A DNA stretch of 64,000 nt from Malacoraja senta. Its lineage: Eukaryota. The position numbers and the translations under genes are program-made. Position 1 is the stretch's first letter; every line of letters starts with the position of its first letter. The stretch is from NCBI GenBank assembly GCA_038087875.1, contig JAXLNO010005813.1, positions 62,001-126,000 of the forward strand, read 5' to 3'. Shown piece by piece: positions 13,460-25,105 of this stretch. The notes under the pieces are model-generated. The model saw only the letters and a list, made by a program, of their open reading frames with translations, had not been told where the DNA came from and made no database searches.

Positions 13460-13985
13460 AGAGTCATAGTCATATGGTGTGAAAACAGGCCCTTCCCCCT
13501 AACCTGCCCACACCAACCAACATGTCCCATCCACAGTAGTCCCATTTGCCTGTGTTTGGCCCATATCCCTCTAAACCTGTCCTATCTATGTATTCAGTCT
13601 GAAGAAGGGTCTCGACCCGAAACGTCACCCATTCCTTCTCTCCAGAGATGCTGCCTGTCCCGCTGAGTTACACCAGCATTTTGTGTCTACCTTCGATTTA
13701 AACCAGCATCTGCAGTTCTTTCCTACACTATCTATGTACCTGTCTAATTGCTTCTTAAACATTGCAATAGTCCCTGCCTCAACTACCTCCTCTGGCAGCT
13801 CATTCCATACACCCACCACCCTTTGTATGAAAAAGTTACCCCTCAGATGCTTATAGAATCTTTCCTCCTTCACCTTAAACCTATGCCCTTTGGTTCTCGA
13901 TTTCCCTGCTCTGGGCAAGAGACTCTATGTGTATACCCGATCTATTCCTCTCATGATTGTATACACCGCCATAAGATCACCCCTC
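13460..13985 (-). mobile_element. CR1 3' fragment interrupted by a PLE mini-element (mirror ~31885..32410 +)
   Basis: ORF 13625..13918 reads SRTKGHRFKV...NFFIQRVVGVWNELPEEVVEAG. The CR1 3' UTR ends in gagtcatagtcata. Confidence 0.9.
13593..13727 (+). mobile_element. PLE solo pLTR with intact hammerhead core at 13599..13626, 11-bp TSD (mirror ~32144..32278 -)
   Basis: TSD ctatctatgta at 13582..13592 and 13728..13738; ctgaagaagggtctcgacccgaaacgtc. Confidence 0.9.
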
Positions 13986-14559
13986 CACGGTCTTCTATGA
14001 TACCCTTGGCAATTTGATTCATCCAGTCAATATGTGGATTAAAATCTCTCATGAATATTGCATGAATATTGCAGTTCCTTGCAAACAGGTCCTAGATATC
14101 TCCCCATTTATGCTCTACCCTATCAAAAGGTTAAAGCCCACCTGCACCATATTTCCTTTCCACTTTTATTCATGATTTCAACTAAAACCAATTCTATATT
14201 GCTATTCACCACCTCCATTCAATAATACAAAACCATTCCGATACCTCTCTTGATAACAACACTATCCCACCTCCTTTCCCCTTTGGGAACATTGTTCTTT
14301 GGAAACATTATACAGCCTGGAATATTGAGCTAGTTGTGGTCTTCCAGCAACTGTCCCTATAATGACTATTAAATCATATACACACGGTGCTATCTGTGCT
14401 GTCAATTCATCTTCCTTATTACAAATGCTACGTGCATTAAAATAAAGACCGCAAAGGTTCTATTTTTTTCACTGCCTTCCAATTCTTTGCTATTTTTCAA
14501 TATTATTCCCAATCGTCTCCAAGGAGAAAAGGTACACAACGGAGAAATCTGCATTGTTT

Positions 14560-15600
14560 TTGCAATATGCTGCTATCGTGTTTGAATATCTGATACCGTG
14601 TGCCAGCTTCGGTTGTACGTTAAAGATTTGCAACAGTATAATTGTCAGATGTTCAGCCACAGATGATCTAAGCTCTTGAAAGATGTGAGGCCACAACACC
14701 AAACTTATGGCAGGCAAGGATCATCGCCAGTGTGACCTTCGTACACCTGGATCATCTGTTCGAGCCACAAGCCAGAACCTGCAGTCTGTAATGAAGATGT
14801 CATTGACCTTCATTATGCATAAAGATAGTCTTGTCCCATTCTCTTGTGTCATAGAGTACCAAGTGAGCATGGGTTGCAGAGATTGAAGACTACTCCTGGG
14901 TAACTGCATACATACTGCCGATGAATACTTCATCTGGGAAAGATCACTTTTATGTAGAGAAAGATTTCACTAATGATTCCTTTATTCTCTAGCAGTCTTA
15001 CTGCCAATAACCTTGCATGGTCGCACAGCTGGTAAAGTTGCTTCCTCACAGCGCCAGAGACCCGGGTTCGATCTTGACCTCGGGTACTATCTGATTGCTG
15101 TTTGCATGTTCTCCCTATGACTGCATTGACTTCATCCAGGTGCTCTGGTTTCCTCCCATATCCCAAAGACGTGCGAGTTTGTAGGTTAATTGGCCTCTAT
15201 AAAATGCCCCTAATGTGTAGGAAGTGGACAAGAAAGAAGAACATATAACTGGCGTAAACGGGTGATCGATGGTTGATGTAGACTTGGTGGGCTGAGGGCC
15301 TGTTTCCATTAATAACCCATTGCAGTGAGCCACTAGATGACTGACCGCTGATAAGAGTTTACTGACAAAGCTCTTAAATCAGATTCACAGGAGCACAACA
15401 GGCCAACGAGGAAAGTTTTGCTGCCACAAAGGCCAATATGCTACTGACATCCACAAACAACACTTCCATGGGCTGCATCATTCTCCTCAACTCAACAGGT
15501 ATGAAGATCTCTAGCAGTATGTTAGTTGCTGTCCACCAGGCAGGTGTAATGCTGCTCAGAACAAGTTAGAAGAGCAGAAGGAATTGATGAAGTAGGAGAA
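14560..15600 (+). mobile_element. Fossil PIF/Harbinger transposase 2, split by a V-SINE (mirror ~30306..31311 -)
   Basis: NDSFIL*QS at 14972..14998 (~HDSFILRQS), R*LTADK (~GWLLGDK), TGAQQANEESFAATK at 15387..15431 (~TxAExxYNxSHxATR), KQHFHGLHHS at 15455..15484 (~KQRFRCLDRS). Confidence 0.65.
15014..15309 (+). mobile_element. HE1-like V-SINE (mirror 30576..30857 -, which lacks the 3' end)
   Basis: tRNA-like head with B-box ggttcgatctt; V domain tttgcatgttctccctatgactgc...ggtttcctcccatatcccaaagac; CR1-derived tail gggcctgtttcca. Confidence 0.88.
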
Positions 15601-15626
15601 AATATCACAGTAAGTGGCAGGCATGG

Positions 15627-15786
15627 CAGCATCTTTGGAGAGAAGGAATGGGTGACATTTCTGGGCGAGACCCATCTTCTCGACCCAAAACGTTGCCCAT
15701 TCCTTCTCTCTCAGCCACACCCGCTGAGTTACTCCAGTATTTTGCGTCTCCCTTCGATTTAAACCAGCATCTGCAGTTCTTTCTTA
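15627..15786. mobile_element. PLE mini-element
   Basis: About 20-bp TSD cacagtaagtggc(a)ggcatgg at 15606..15626 and 15787..15806. Confidence 0.85.
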
Positions 15787-16899
15787 CACAGTAAGTGGCG
15801 GCATGGGAAGGGGATGGGAAGTGCAAGCTGTAGCCTCCTTAATCCCATTCTCAAATAATTAAAAAGCAGAACCAACAACCTCCCCCATAACCTTTGATTC
15901 GCCATCAATGCTGCATGACTTACCTTTTCTCGATCTCGCCAAATCCTTTGCAAAGTCACATTCAGAAAAAAAAGCCCAGAAAATACCTAATCCAATCAGT
16001 CTTTATAAATCCAATTATTATAAATGCACACAAAATATAATTAACCTTGGGACTGTCCTCAGTATCTGTCCTCTGTGAGCTTTTGGTTCTGACTATTCTG
16101 AGGTTTCCAGATGACCGGGGGACCAGATAAAGTCAAAGTGTTCCTGACCACCTGATCCCGCTGCTTCAAGGGCAGTCCGAGAACACTCACCCAACAACCT
16201 GCAGCAGTCACATGGATATTCTACCTGTGTCTTGAACCACAACCTCTAACATGCATTGTCAAAAAATGGTAATGTTGCCTCGGCCCCCTCTATGGTTCAA
16301 CCATGCCTCTATTATATTGCAGTCCAGACTCAAAATACTCCTGCCATTATTTGCAGTCACAATACGTTTTCGCTTTTAAGAGGTGTGGATTATCTTATGG
16401 TAGTGCTAACCAGTCAAGTATTTGGCCCATTGCTCATTGACGATGGTCATTGGCAACTCATCCATGGGGAGCAAATTTACATTTGAGATCCTTGAGCTTC
16501 CTCCTCCTTACTCCAGAGGAAATGTTATCGGTGAATATCCTGCATTGCAATGAATGGACATGGGCTAATCTTGCACTGCATAATGGAGTTAGCCAATGTA
16601 ACCCCTGTTAGATGTATTTTATTTTGGTTAGCTGTGGCTGCTTGAAGTAATTCGACAAGGAAGCATAATTTTATCAGATAATAACAGTGATATCATGATA
16701 ACTAATATTGGATTATTATTTACCATGAGACTTATATTGATAATGTCACAATTGCATGCCTTAAATTATCTTATAAGCACCAAACTAGATTAGATAGTAG
16801 CAGAAAAGTAATAGGTTCACGCCTTACTGCATAAATCTATCTTGAGCGTGAGGAGTTTTCCCAGTGGATTAGCTAATGTTCTCCACACAACCAACAACA

Positions 16900-17350
16900 T
16901 CAAAATCAGATTAAATAGTACTTTATCCAGTTGCTGTTCAAGCAACCTAGCAAATGCACTGCAGTGTCTGTCCACATAAGCACTTTGCTCCCCTTCATTG
17001 TAGGCAAAATGTTCTGACACGCCTAGCCTATCCAATCTTTTTCTCATAATTCAAGGCCTCTGATCTGGGCCACATTGTAGTGAATCTCCTCTGCACTCTC
17101 TCTCGAGAAAAAAAATCATATCCTTCATATAGTGTGGTAACCAGAACTTCACTCAATACTCCAAGTGCAGTCTAACCAATGTTCTGTAAAGTTGCACGAT
17201 AATGTCCCAACTTTTATATTCTGTGCCTTGACTTATGAAGTGAAGCATGACAATGACTTCTTCACCACCCAATCTATCTTTGTTGATACTTTCTAGCAAC
17301 TATAGACTTGAACCCCCAAGATTCCTCTGTTCATCAACATTCCTGAGTGG
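16900..17350 (-). mobile_element. Old decayed CR1 fragment (mirror ~28550..29000 +)
   Basis: Mirror plus strand cttggagtattgagtgaagttctggttaccacactat...gagagagtgcagaggagattcact resembles LEYCVQFWSPHY...ERVQRRFT. Confidence 0.75.
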
Positions 17351-17534
17351 TATAGTAAATATACATATTTACGACATGCATAATATTGATATAGTATATA
17401 AATGTTACCTCTGCCACATTTCCTGCATAAAATAATAATATTGGGTAAAATCCAATCTCGTTAACAAAGATGCAAAACTCTACCTCTCGGCCCCAGCTAT
17501 CTTGTTCCTTGCAACTCTCGTAGCAACCTGGGAT

Positions 17535-18178
17535 AACATAGAAACATAGAAATATAGAAAATAGGTGCAGGAGTAGGCCATTCGGCCCTTCGAGCCTGCA
17601 CCGCCATTCAATATGATCATGGCTGATCATCCAACTCAGTATCCTGTACCTGCTTTCTCTCCATACCCCCTGATCCCTTTAGCCACAAGGGCCACATCTA
17701 ACTCCCTCTTAAATATAGCTAATGAACTGGCCTCAACTACCTTCTGTGGCAGAGAGTTCCAGAGATTCACCACTCTCTGTGTGAAAAATGTTTTTCTCAT
17801 CTCAGTCCTAAAAGATTTCCCCTTTATCCTTAAACCGTGACCCCTTGTTCTGAACTTCCCCAACATCGGGTACAATCTTCCTGCATCTAGCCTGTCCAAC
17901 CCCTTAAGAATTTTGTAAGTTTCTATAAGATCCCCCCTCAATCTTCTAAATTCTAGCGAGTACAAGCCGAGTCTATCCAGTCTTTCTTCATATGTAAGTC
18001 CTGACATCCCAGGAATCAGTCTGGTGAACCTTCTCTGTACTCCCTCTATGGCAAGAATGTCCTTCCTCAGATTAGGAGACCAAAACTGTATGCAATACTC
18101 CAGGTGTGGTCTCACCAAGACCCTGTACAACTGCAGTAGAACCTCCCTGCTCCTATACTCAAATCCTTTTGCTATGAA
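17535..18178 (-). mobile_element. Young CR1 (HER1-like) LINE 3' fragment
   Basis: ORF 17636..18205 reads LYRVLVRPHLEYCIQFWSP...RRLRGDLIETYKI...FFTQRVVNLWNSLP, the CR1 ORF2 C-terminus. (CATAGAAA)n tail at ~17535..17560. Confidence 0.95.
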
Positions 18179-18747
18179 TCTAACATAACGATCTGAATCT
18201 AACATAGATTACATCAACCTGATTAACTCAACCTGCATTCAAAAATAGCTTAACTAAAAGTACACAAATTACATTCCACACTCCACTTGTACTTTGTCTG
18301 TTTTATTACTGGCATGTATTCGGCTCAACCTACAGCTTGCTTGTTCAGTGGCAATTTGTAGTAAACATCGGTCAATTCCATGTTGCACATTAGTGTCCAC
18401 TAGGCACTTGATGAATTATATAAAACCTGGAATTCAAGAAAGATTCTTATATAAACACCAATACTTCAAAGAATCAGAATGATAACAGCACAATTTCAGC
18501 AACTCAGCCCTTTGTCTTTCCTGGCCCATTGCAATAATAAGAGTCAAGCATGTTTTATTGTCATGTGCCCCAGATAGAACAATGAAGTTCTTGCTTGCAG
18601 CAGCACAACAAATACCACACCTGTACCTTTGCAATGTGTGAGCACTGCTGGTAAGGTCAGCATTTACTAACCAGCCTGCACAATATGTATCCCTAATCAC
18701 CCTTGAACTGTTGGAATCCTTTTGATGAAGATACTCAAGCTATACTG

Positions 18748-19168
18748 TTTTAGTTTAGTTTGGTTTAGAGATACATCGTGGAAACAGGCCATTCGGTCCA
18801 CCAAGTTCATGCCAACCAACCAACCAATGCCATACACTGGTTCTATCCAACAGAACATAATTTACAGGAGACAATTCATCTACAAACCTGCACATCTTTG
18901 GAATGTGGGAGAAAACCGGGGCACCTGGAGAAAACTCATGTGGTCACAGGGAGAACGTACAAACTCTGTACAGACAGCACCCATAGTCAGGATCAAACCC
19001 AGGTCTCTAGAGGGTCAAACCCATGTCCGAAGAGGGTCTCGACCCGAAACGTCACCTATTTCTTTACTCCAGGGATGCTGTCTGACCCGCTGAGTTACTC
19101 CAGCCTTTTTTGTCTATCTCCAAGTCTCTGGCGCTGTGGGGCAGCAACTCTATCACTGTGCCACTGTG
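18748..19168 (-). mobile_element. HE1-like V-SINE with a PLE mini-element inserted at ~19010..19120 (mirror 26732..27152 +)
   Basis: V domain and (ctaaa)n tail; the hammerhead-type segment gggtctcgacccgaaacgtcacc lies inside the head region. Confidence 0.88.
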
Positions 19169-20116
19169 TTGGGCAATGATTTGCAAGGCCTAGACTTAGT
19201 GCAGAAATATGGATATTGCCAGTCCTGCAATTATGTTGCTAGAAAGTGAATTGCTTCATTTTCTAAACACATTTCCATCTTCTGCAGGCATAAGAACTGT
19301 GAGTGAAACCCACATCTTCCACTAAATGTATGAGAAAGAAGATAATGTCATGCCCTCTTCCAAAGGATGGGGTCGACTTTAACTGGGCCATTGGGAAAAT
19401 ATATATAGGCATCATATTTAAATCTTGACTTGAGTGTGCAGCTGTTTAAGTTGCCCCATATTAATATGGCTCTCAATAAAATGTTAATGCCCCTGCATCA
19501 TATTAATGCGAGTGAAACACTCATATTTCACATCAAACAGTAATAATTCATGGTGTGGGTTTGCATAACTGGAAGCTGATGCTTTTAGAATATTGTACCT
19601 CTGCGGTTTTCAATGTTCTCTATTCACGAAATTCACGAAATATGTTGAATTTCTAACATTCTGAATAATTTTTCTTTACAGCTGCAAAATAAGAACCACT
19701 GCGCAATAAAGCCATTTGACTATTTAATCATATAACCACCTGACAAATGAACAACTCATTTTCGTGAATCCACTTGAAACTTCTTGAAACCTATGTCCAT
19801 GACTAGAAACTATTTGTGGGAAAAGTCAGTTTGAAATATATGTCTTAAAGACAAACACATAACTTAATGTGAGTTGACCAAAATGAGTCATTGCCAACCA
19901 CCAACCTTGAGAAGAATTTTGGCATCACAACCTATAAGAATAAAGTTTTGACTGTTGTTCATGGTATTGCAGTGAACACATTTCTTTCAAGTCTATATTG
20001 GGAGCTAGAATAGATCAGTAAGTCCCTTAAGCCTACCTCATCGTTCATTTAGCAAATTGCTCATCCCCATCTCAAACCACATATTTCCTGCCCTTTATCA
20101 ATACCTTTTGATATAC

Positions 20117-20431
20117 TTTAGTTTAGAGATACAACATGGAAACAAGCCCCAGGGCCCAACTGAGTCCACACTGACCAATGATCACCCGTACGCTAGTTCT
20201 ATGTTATTCCACTTTTGCATCCTACTCACTAGGGGCATTTTATAGCAGCCAATTAACCTACAAACCTGCATGTCTTTGAAGTGTGGGAAGATACCAAAGC
20301 ACCCCAAGAAAACCCATGCAGCCACAGGGAGAACGCACAAACTCTCCGCAGACAGCACCCGTGGTCAGGATCGAACCTGGGTCTCTGGCAATGTGAGGCT
20401 GCAGCTCCACCACTGCACCACTGTGCCACCC
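20117..20431 (-). mobile_element. HE1-like V-SINE (mirror 25471..25785 +)
   Basis: Mirror reads gggtggcacagtggtgcagtgg...ggttcgatcc, then V domain, then tgtatctctaaactaaa. Confidence 0.9.
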
Positions 20432-20796
20432 TTATTGAAGGAAAATCTATCAGCCAGAAAATTTAAGATGAGCCAGCAGCTGCAATGTTTTAGAAGTGAG
20501 TTCCAGACTTCCACTATGCTTTGTTTGAAGATTTATTTGCTGCATTTGTTACTGAATGACCTTGCACTATTTATAAGAGTAGTATTATCTTGTCCCTTAT
20601 TCCTTCATTTGAGGAAACCTTTTTTTCCTTCCTTATCAATCCTAATTATTTTTCTAACATTTTAAATGTCTCCATCATAACATTTTGCCCACTCCACCCA
20701 ATCATGCTATGTACAAGGGAGTCCAAAACAAGATAAGCTATGCCAAATAAAACTTGCAGAAACATAACCAACTGGACAATTATCTCAATACTATAT

Positions 20797-21131
20797 CGTC
20801 TTCTTCTTCTTCTTGCGAATGAACCATAAACCAAAGGAACAGTTAGATCTCAAGCTGGGTGTTGAGCAGCCAGGTTGTTGTCTCTGCGTCAATGTCTGCC
20901 AGGCCCTGAGCTCCATTTGGTGGGTGGTAGAGCGGGCACCCAGAGATGACATGGTTGGCTGTCTGTTGTTCTGCTCAGCATTCACAGGCTGGGCTCTGGC
21001 GGAGTCCCCATCTCCACACGCTGGCATTGAAACGCTCAACTCCAGTACAAAGTCTGTTGAGCTTCACCCATGCTCCTCTGGGGAGGTCAGACCCTGGACA
21101 GCTTTTATCTGGTGAAGAGATGTAGCTGTGT
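20797..21131 (-). mobile_element. Non-LTR retrotransposon 3' end, Vingi/Ingi-like
   Basis: Mirror ORF 24703..25059 reads PGSDLPRGAWVKLNRLCTGVERF...CECGAEQQTANHVISGCP (CCHC-type C-terminus). (GAA)n tail. 10-bp imperfect TSD atata[a/g]tatt. Clade assignment is from motif recall only. Confidence 0.75.
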
Positions 21132-22629
21132 AATATTATATGCAAGACCTTAATGTAGCAGCCATGTCTGGATAGATATGAACATTTCCTGCACATCAAA
21201 GTAGTTCATTATGGAATGGATTTTACAATATAACTCTGATGGATCACATCCTCTGAGAATGTATCTTGCTTATTTAGACCATGATCTAATGATCCTTGGC
21301 TCTTGTTACTTGTTCTTTTGCACTGTGGCCACAGTTTTATAAGCACCACCTCTACATTATTAAGTTCCGCCTTGTGCTGATAAAAGATGTGATTAAAAGA
21401 TACAATGCTAGTCTATAAAAATTAATATCTGTAAGCTATTCTCAGTTCTACACTAATTCCACAGAACACACTGTGCATAAACTGAGACAAATTTCTTTGA
21501 TTTTTTTTTCCTCCCTTTTATTTCAGTCGAATTCCAATATTAAGACAGATGTCAGGAGCCAGGGCTGTCCATGGAGCTGATGTATGACAAGGTCTGTCCT
21601 CGAGGATTAATGATTGTAATAAGATCAGGACAGATTTATTGAATGATATCGGCAGCAAGTTACAAGGGGTAACACAGCCATTGCTTGTTGCAATTTAATC
21701 CCTGGATTATGGAACAAACACAAACAGCTCAAGATCTCTTATAAAGTATCTCAGAGCTGTTGATTAAATGATGACCCTGTTACTCATATCAAACACACAT
21801 CTGTCTACATGTGGAATCCTCCTGTGACATTATTCGGCACAAAGTTTCTCGGCGTCTTCCGTCACTGTCACTTCGCTCCATGTTATCACATTTCATGTCA
21901 CTGGCACAATTGTTCCAATTGCATGTAGCTATGGATGGTTATGAGTGAAAAATAAGGTTATCATTCACTAATAATTAAATGACATTACAAACAAATCCCA
22001 AATCCTGGAATGAAATGAAAGGTTTTGAAATCAGTTTTCACCATTTACATTCATTATTTCTATGCGTCGCTCCATGGCGGCAATAAAATAGATTCAATGC
22101 AAAGAAAGTTGAAATGATAATGGAATCATATATATATATATATGTACAACATGGAAGCAGGTCTAGAAACAAAGAGCTGCAGATGCTGGTTAGTGCACAA
22201 AAGGACACAAAGTGCTGGAGTAACTCAGGAGGTCAGATAGTATCTTTGGAGAACATGGATAGATTACCTATCCATTTTCTCCAGAGATGATGCTGCCTGA
22301 ACTGTTAAGTTACACCAGCAACTTTGTGTCCTTTTTGTTTATAGAAACAGGTCTATTGTCTCATCATGTTCATGTCAATCTTTTTGTCCATCTACATTAA
22401 TCTCATTTTCCTGCATTAGATCCATAACCTTCTAAGCCTTACATATTTTGTCCTTGTCTGAATGTGTCTTAAACATGGTGCTTGTATCTAACTCCTCAAC
22501 CTCCTCTGGCTGCAAATTCCAGATATCAACTACTTTCTTTGTAAAAATCATTAATCCCTTAAATTGTCAGGTGCTTCTTCATCCTCCTACCAACTGGTTA
22601 CCATTTTCAGGGAACTATGGACATGAACT

Positions 22630-22829
22630 NNNNNNNNNNNNNNNNNNNNNNNNNNNNNNNNNNNNNNNNNNNNNNNNNNNNNNNNNNNNNNNNNNNNNNN
22701 NNNNNNNNNNNNNNNNNNNNNNNNNNNNNNNNNNNNNNNNNNNNNNNNNNNNNNNNNNNNNNNNNNNNNNNNNNNNNNNNNNNNNNNNNNNNNNNNNNNN
22801 NNNNNNNNNNNNNNNNNNNNNNNNNNNNN
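22630..22829. other. Assembly gap (200 N)
   Basis: Exactly 200 N, a round-number scaffolding gap at the centre of the inverted repeat. Confidence 0.99.
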
Positions 22830-23560
22830 GGAGGGGGAAAAAAGGGACCATGAAATGTGAAATCTAAAGTATGTTGGACAATTGGATCGAAAATGAGCTT
22901 AATGACATGATACAAAGGGTGGTAGTGGAAAATTACTTTTCTGGTTGGACCTCTCTGACCAGTGGTGTCCCACAGGGATTAATGCAAGGACTTTGTTGTT
23001 TGTTATATTAACTTGGTAGTGAATGTATGATTACTAGGTTTTCAGATGAGACAAAAATGGGAGTTTTTGTGGATAGCAAGGAAGTTTTTTTAAGGCCACA
23101 ATAATATATAGATCAGATGGGAAATTAGATAGAGTATTAGCAGATGGAATTTAATCCTGACAAGTGCAAGTTGTTGCATTATGTTAAGTTAAATAAGGGT
23201 AGGACAATCACAGTAAATGGAAGGACACTAATGAATTCTGATGAACATAGAGACCCAGGAGTTCATGTCCATAGTTCCCTGAAAATGGTAACCAGTTGGT
23301 AGGAGGATGAAGAAGCACCTGACAATTTAAGGGATTAATGATTTTTACAAAGATAGTAGTTGATATCTGGAATTTTGCAGCCAGAGGAGGTTGAGGAGTT
23401 AGATACAATCACCATGTTAAGACACATTCAGACAAGGACAAAATATGTAAGGCTTAGAAGGGTTATGGATCTAATGCAGGAAAATGAGATTAATGTAGAT
23501 GGACAAAAAGATTGACATGAACATGATGAGACAATAGACCTGTTTCTATAAACAAAAAGG
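22830..23560 (+). mobile_element. Decayed CR1 LINE RT fragment; 22830..23259 is the only unique spacer of the inverted repeat
   Basis: accagtggtgtcccacaggga encodes TSGVPQG and ttttcagatgagacaaaa resembles FADDTK. cagatggaatttaatcctgacaagtgc encodes QMEFNPDKC. Frameshifted. The left arm holds only the part matching 23260 onward. Confidence 0.85.
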
Positions 23561-23741
23561 ACACAAAGTTGCTGGTGTAACTTAACAGTTCAGGCATCAT
23601 CATCTCTGGAGAAAATGGATAGGTAATCTATCCATGTTCTCCAAAGATACTATCTGACCTGCTGAGTTACTCCAGCACTTTGTGTCCTTTTGTGCACTAA
23701 CCAGCATCTGCAGCTCTTTGTTTCTAGACCTGCTTCCATGT

Positions 23742-23777
<36 letters not shown>

Positions 23778-24770
23778 TCCATTATCATTTCAACGTTCTT
23801 TGCATTGAATCTATTTTATTGCCCCCATGGAGCGACGCATAGAACTAAAGAATGTAAATGGTGAAAACTGATTTCAAAACCTTTCATTTCATTCCAGGAT
23901 TTGGGATTTGTTTGTAATGTCATTTAATTATTAGTGAATGATAACCTTATTTTTCACTCATAACCATCCATAGCTACATGCAATTGGAACAATTGTGCCA
24001 GTGACATGAAATGTGATAACATGGAGCGAAGTGACAGTGACGGAAGACGCCGAGAAACTTTGTGCCGAATAATGTCACAGGAGGATTCCACATGTAGACA
24101 GATGTGTGTTTTGATATGAGTAACAGGGTCATCATTTAATCAACAGCTCTGAGATACTTTATAAGAGATCTTGAGCTGTTTGTGTTTGTTCCATAATCCA
24201 GGGATTAAATTGCAACAAGCAATGGCTGTGTTACCCCTTGTAACTTGCTGCCGATATCATTCAATAAATCTGTCCTGATCTTATTACAATCATTAATCCT
24301 CGAGGACAGACCTTGTCATACATCAGCTCCATGGACAGCCCTGGCTCCTGACATCTGTCTTAATATTGGAATTTGACTGAAATAAAAGGGAGGAAAAAAA
24401 ATCAAAGAAATTAGTCTCAGTTTATGCACAGTGTGTTCTGTGGAATTAGTGTAGAACTGAGAATAGCTTACAGATATTAATTTTTATAGACTAGCATTGT
24501 ATCTTTTAATCACATCTTTTATCAGCACAAGGCAGAACTTAATAATGTAGAGGTGGTGCTTATAAAACTGTGGCCACAGTGCAAAAGAACAAGTAACAAG
24601 AGCCAAAGATCATTAGATCATGGTCTAAATAAGCAAGATACATTCTCAGAGGATGTGATCCATCAGAGTTATATTGTAAAATCCATTCCATAATGAACTA
24701 CTTTGATGTGCAGGAAATGTTCATATCTATCCAGACATGGCTGCTACATTAAGGTCTTGCATATAATATT

Positions 24771-25105
24771 ACACAGCTACATCTCTTCACCAGATAAAAG
24801 CTGTCCAGGGTCTGACCTCCCCAGAGGAGCATGGGTGAAGCTCAACAGACTTTGTACTGGAGTTGAGCGTTTCAATGCCAGCATGTGGAGATGGGGACTC
24901 CGCCAGAGCCCAGCCTGTGAATGCGGAGCAGAACAACAGACAGCCAACCATGTCATCTCTGGGTGCCCGCTCTACCACCCACCAAATGGAGCTCAGGGCC
25001 TGGCAGACATTGACGCAGAGACAACAACCTGGCTGCTCAACACCCGGCTTGAGATCTAACTGTTCCTTTGGTTTATGGTTCATTCGCAAGATGAAGAAGT
25101 AGACG
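24771..25105 (+). mobile_element. Mirror copy of the Vingi/Ingi-like 3' end
   Basis: TSD at 24761..24770 and 25106..25115; tail mutated to gatgaagaagtaga. Confidence 0.75.

Larger units (their letters stand above)
1..22629. repeat. Left arm of giant inverted repeat (may extend beyond the window start)
   Basis: Position 1 gaattctaatccaaacc is the reverse complement of ...ggtttggattagaattc ending at 46747. Arm end ...ggacatgaact (22629) is the reverse complement of agttcatgtcc starting at 23260. The ORF track is mirrored throughout (e.g. 62..403- vs 46345..46686+, 17636..18205- vs 27695..28264+). Confidence 0.98.

Noticed and set aside
16100-16500. Possible Myb-partner C-terminal relic downstream of Harbinger fossil 2
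   Set aside because: Only vague compositional similarity; no diagnostic motif.
17636-18205. 189-aa ORF (and mirror 27695..28264) as a host gene
   Set aside because: It is the CR1 ORF2 C-terminus, and its start codon comes from flanking junction DNA.
22448-22915. Four ORFs spanning the centre of the inverted repeat
   Set aside because: They are open only because they run through 200 N.
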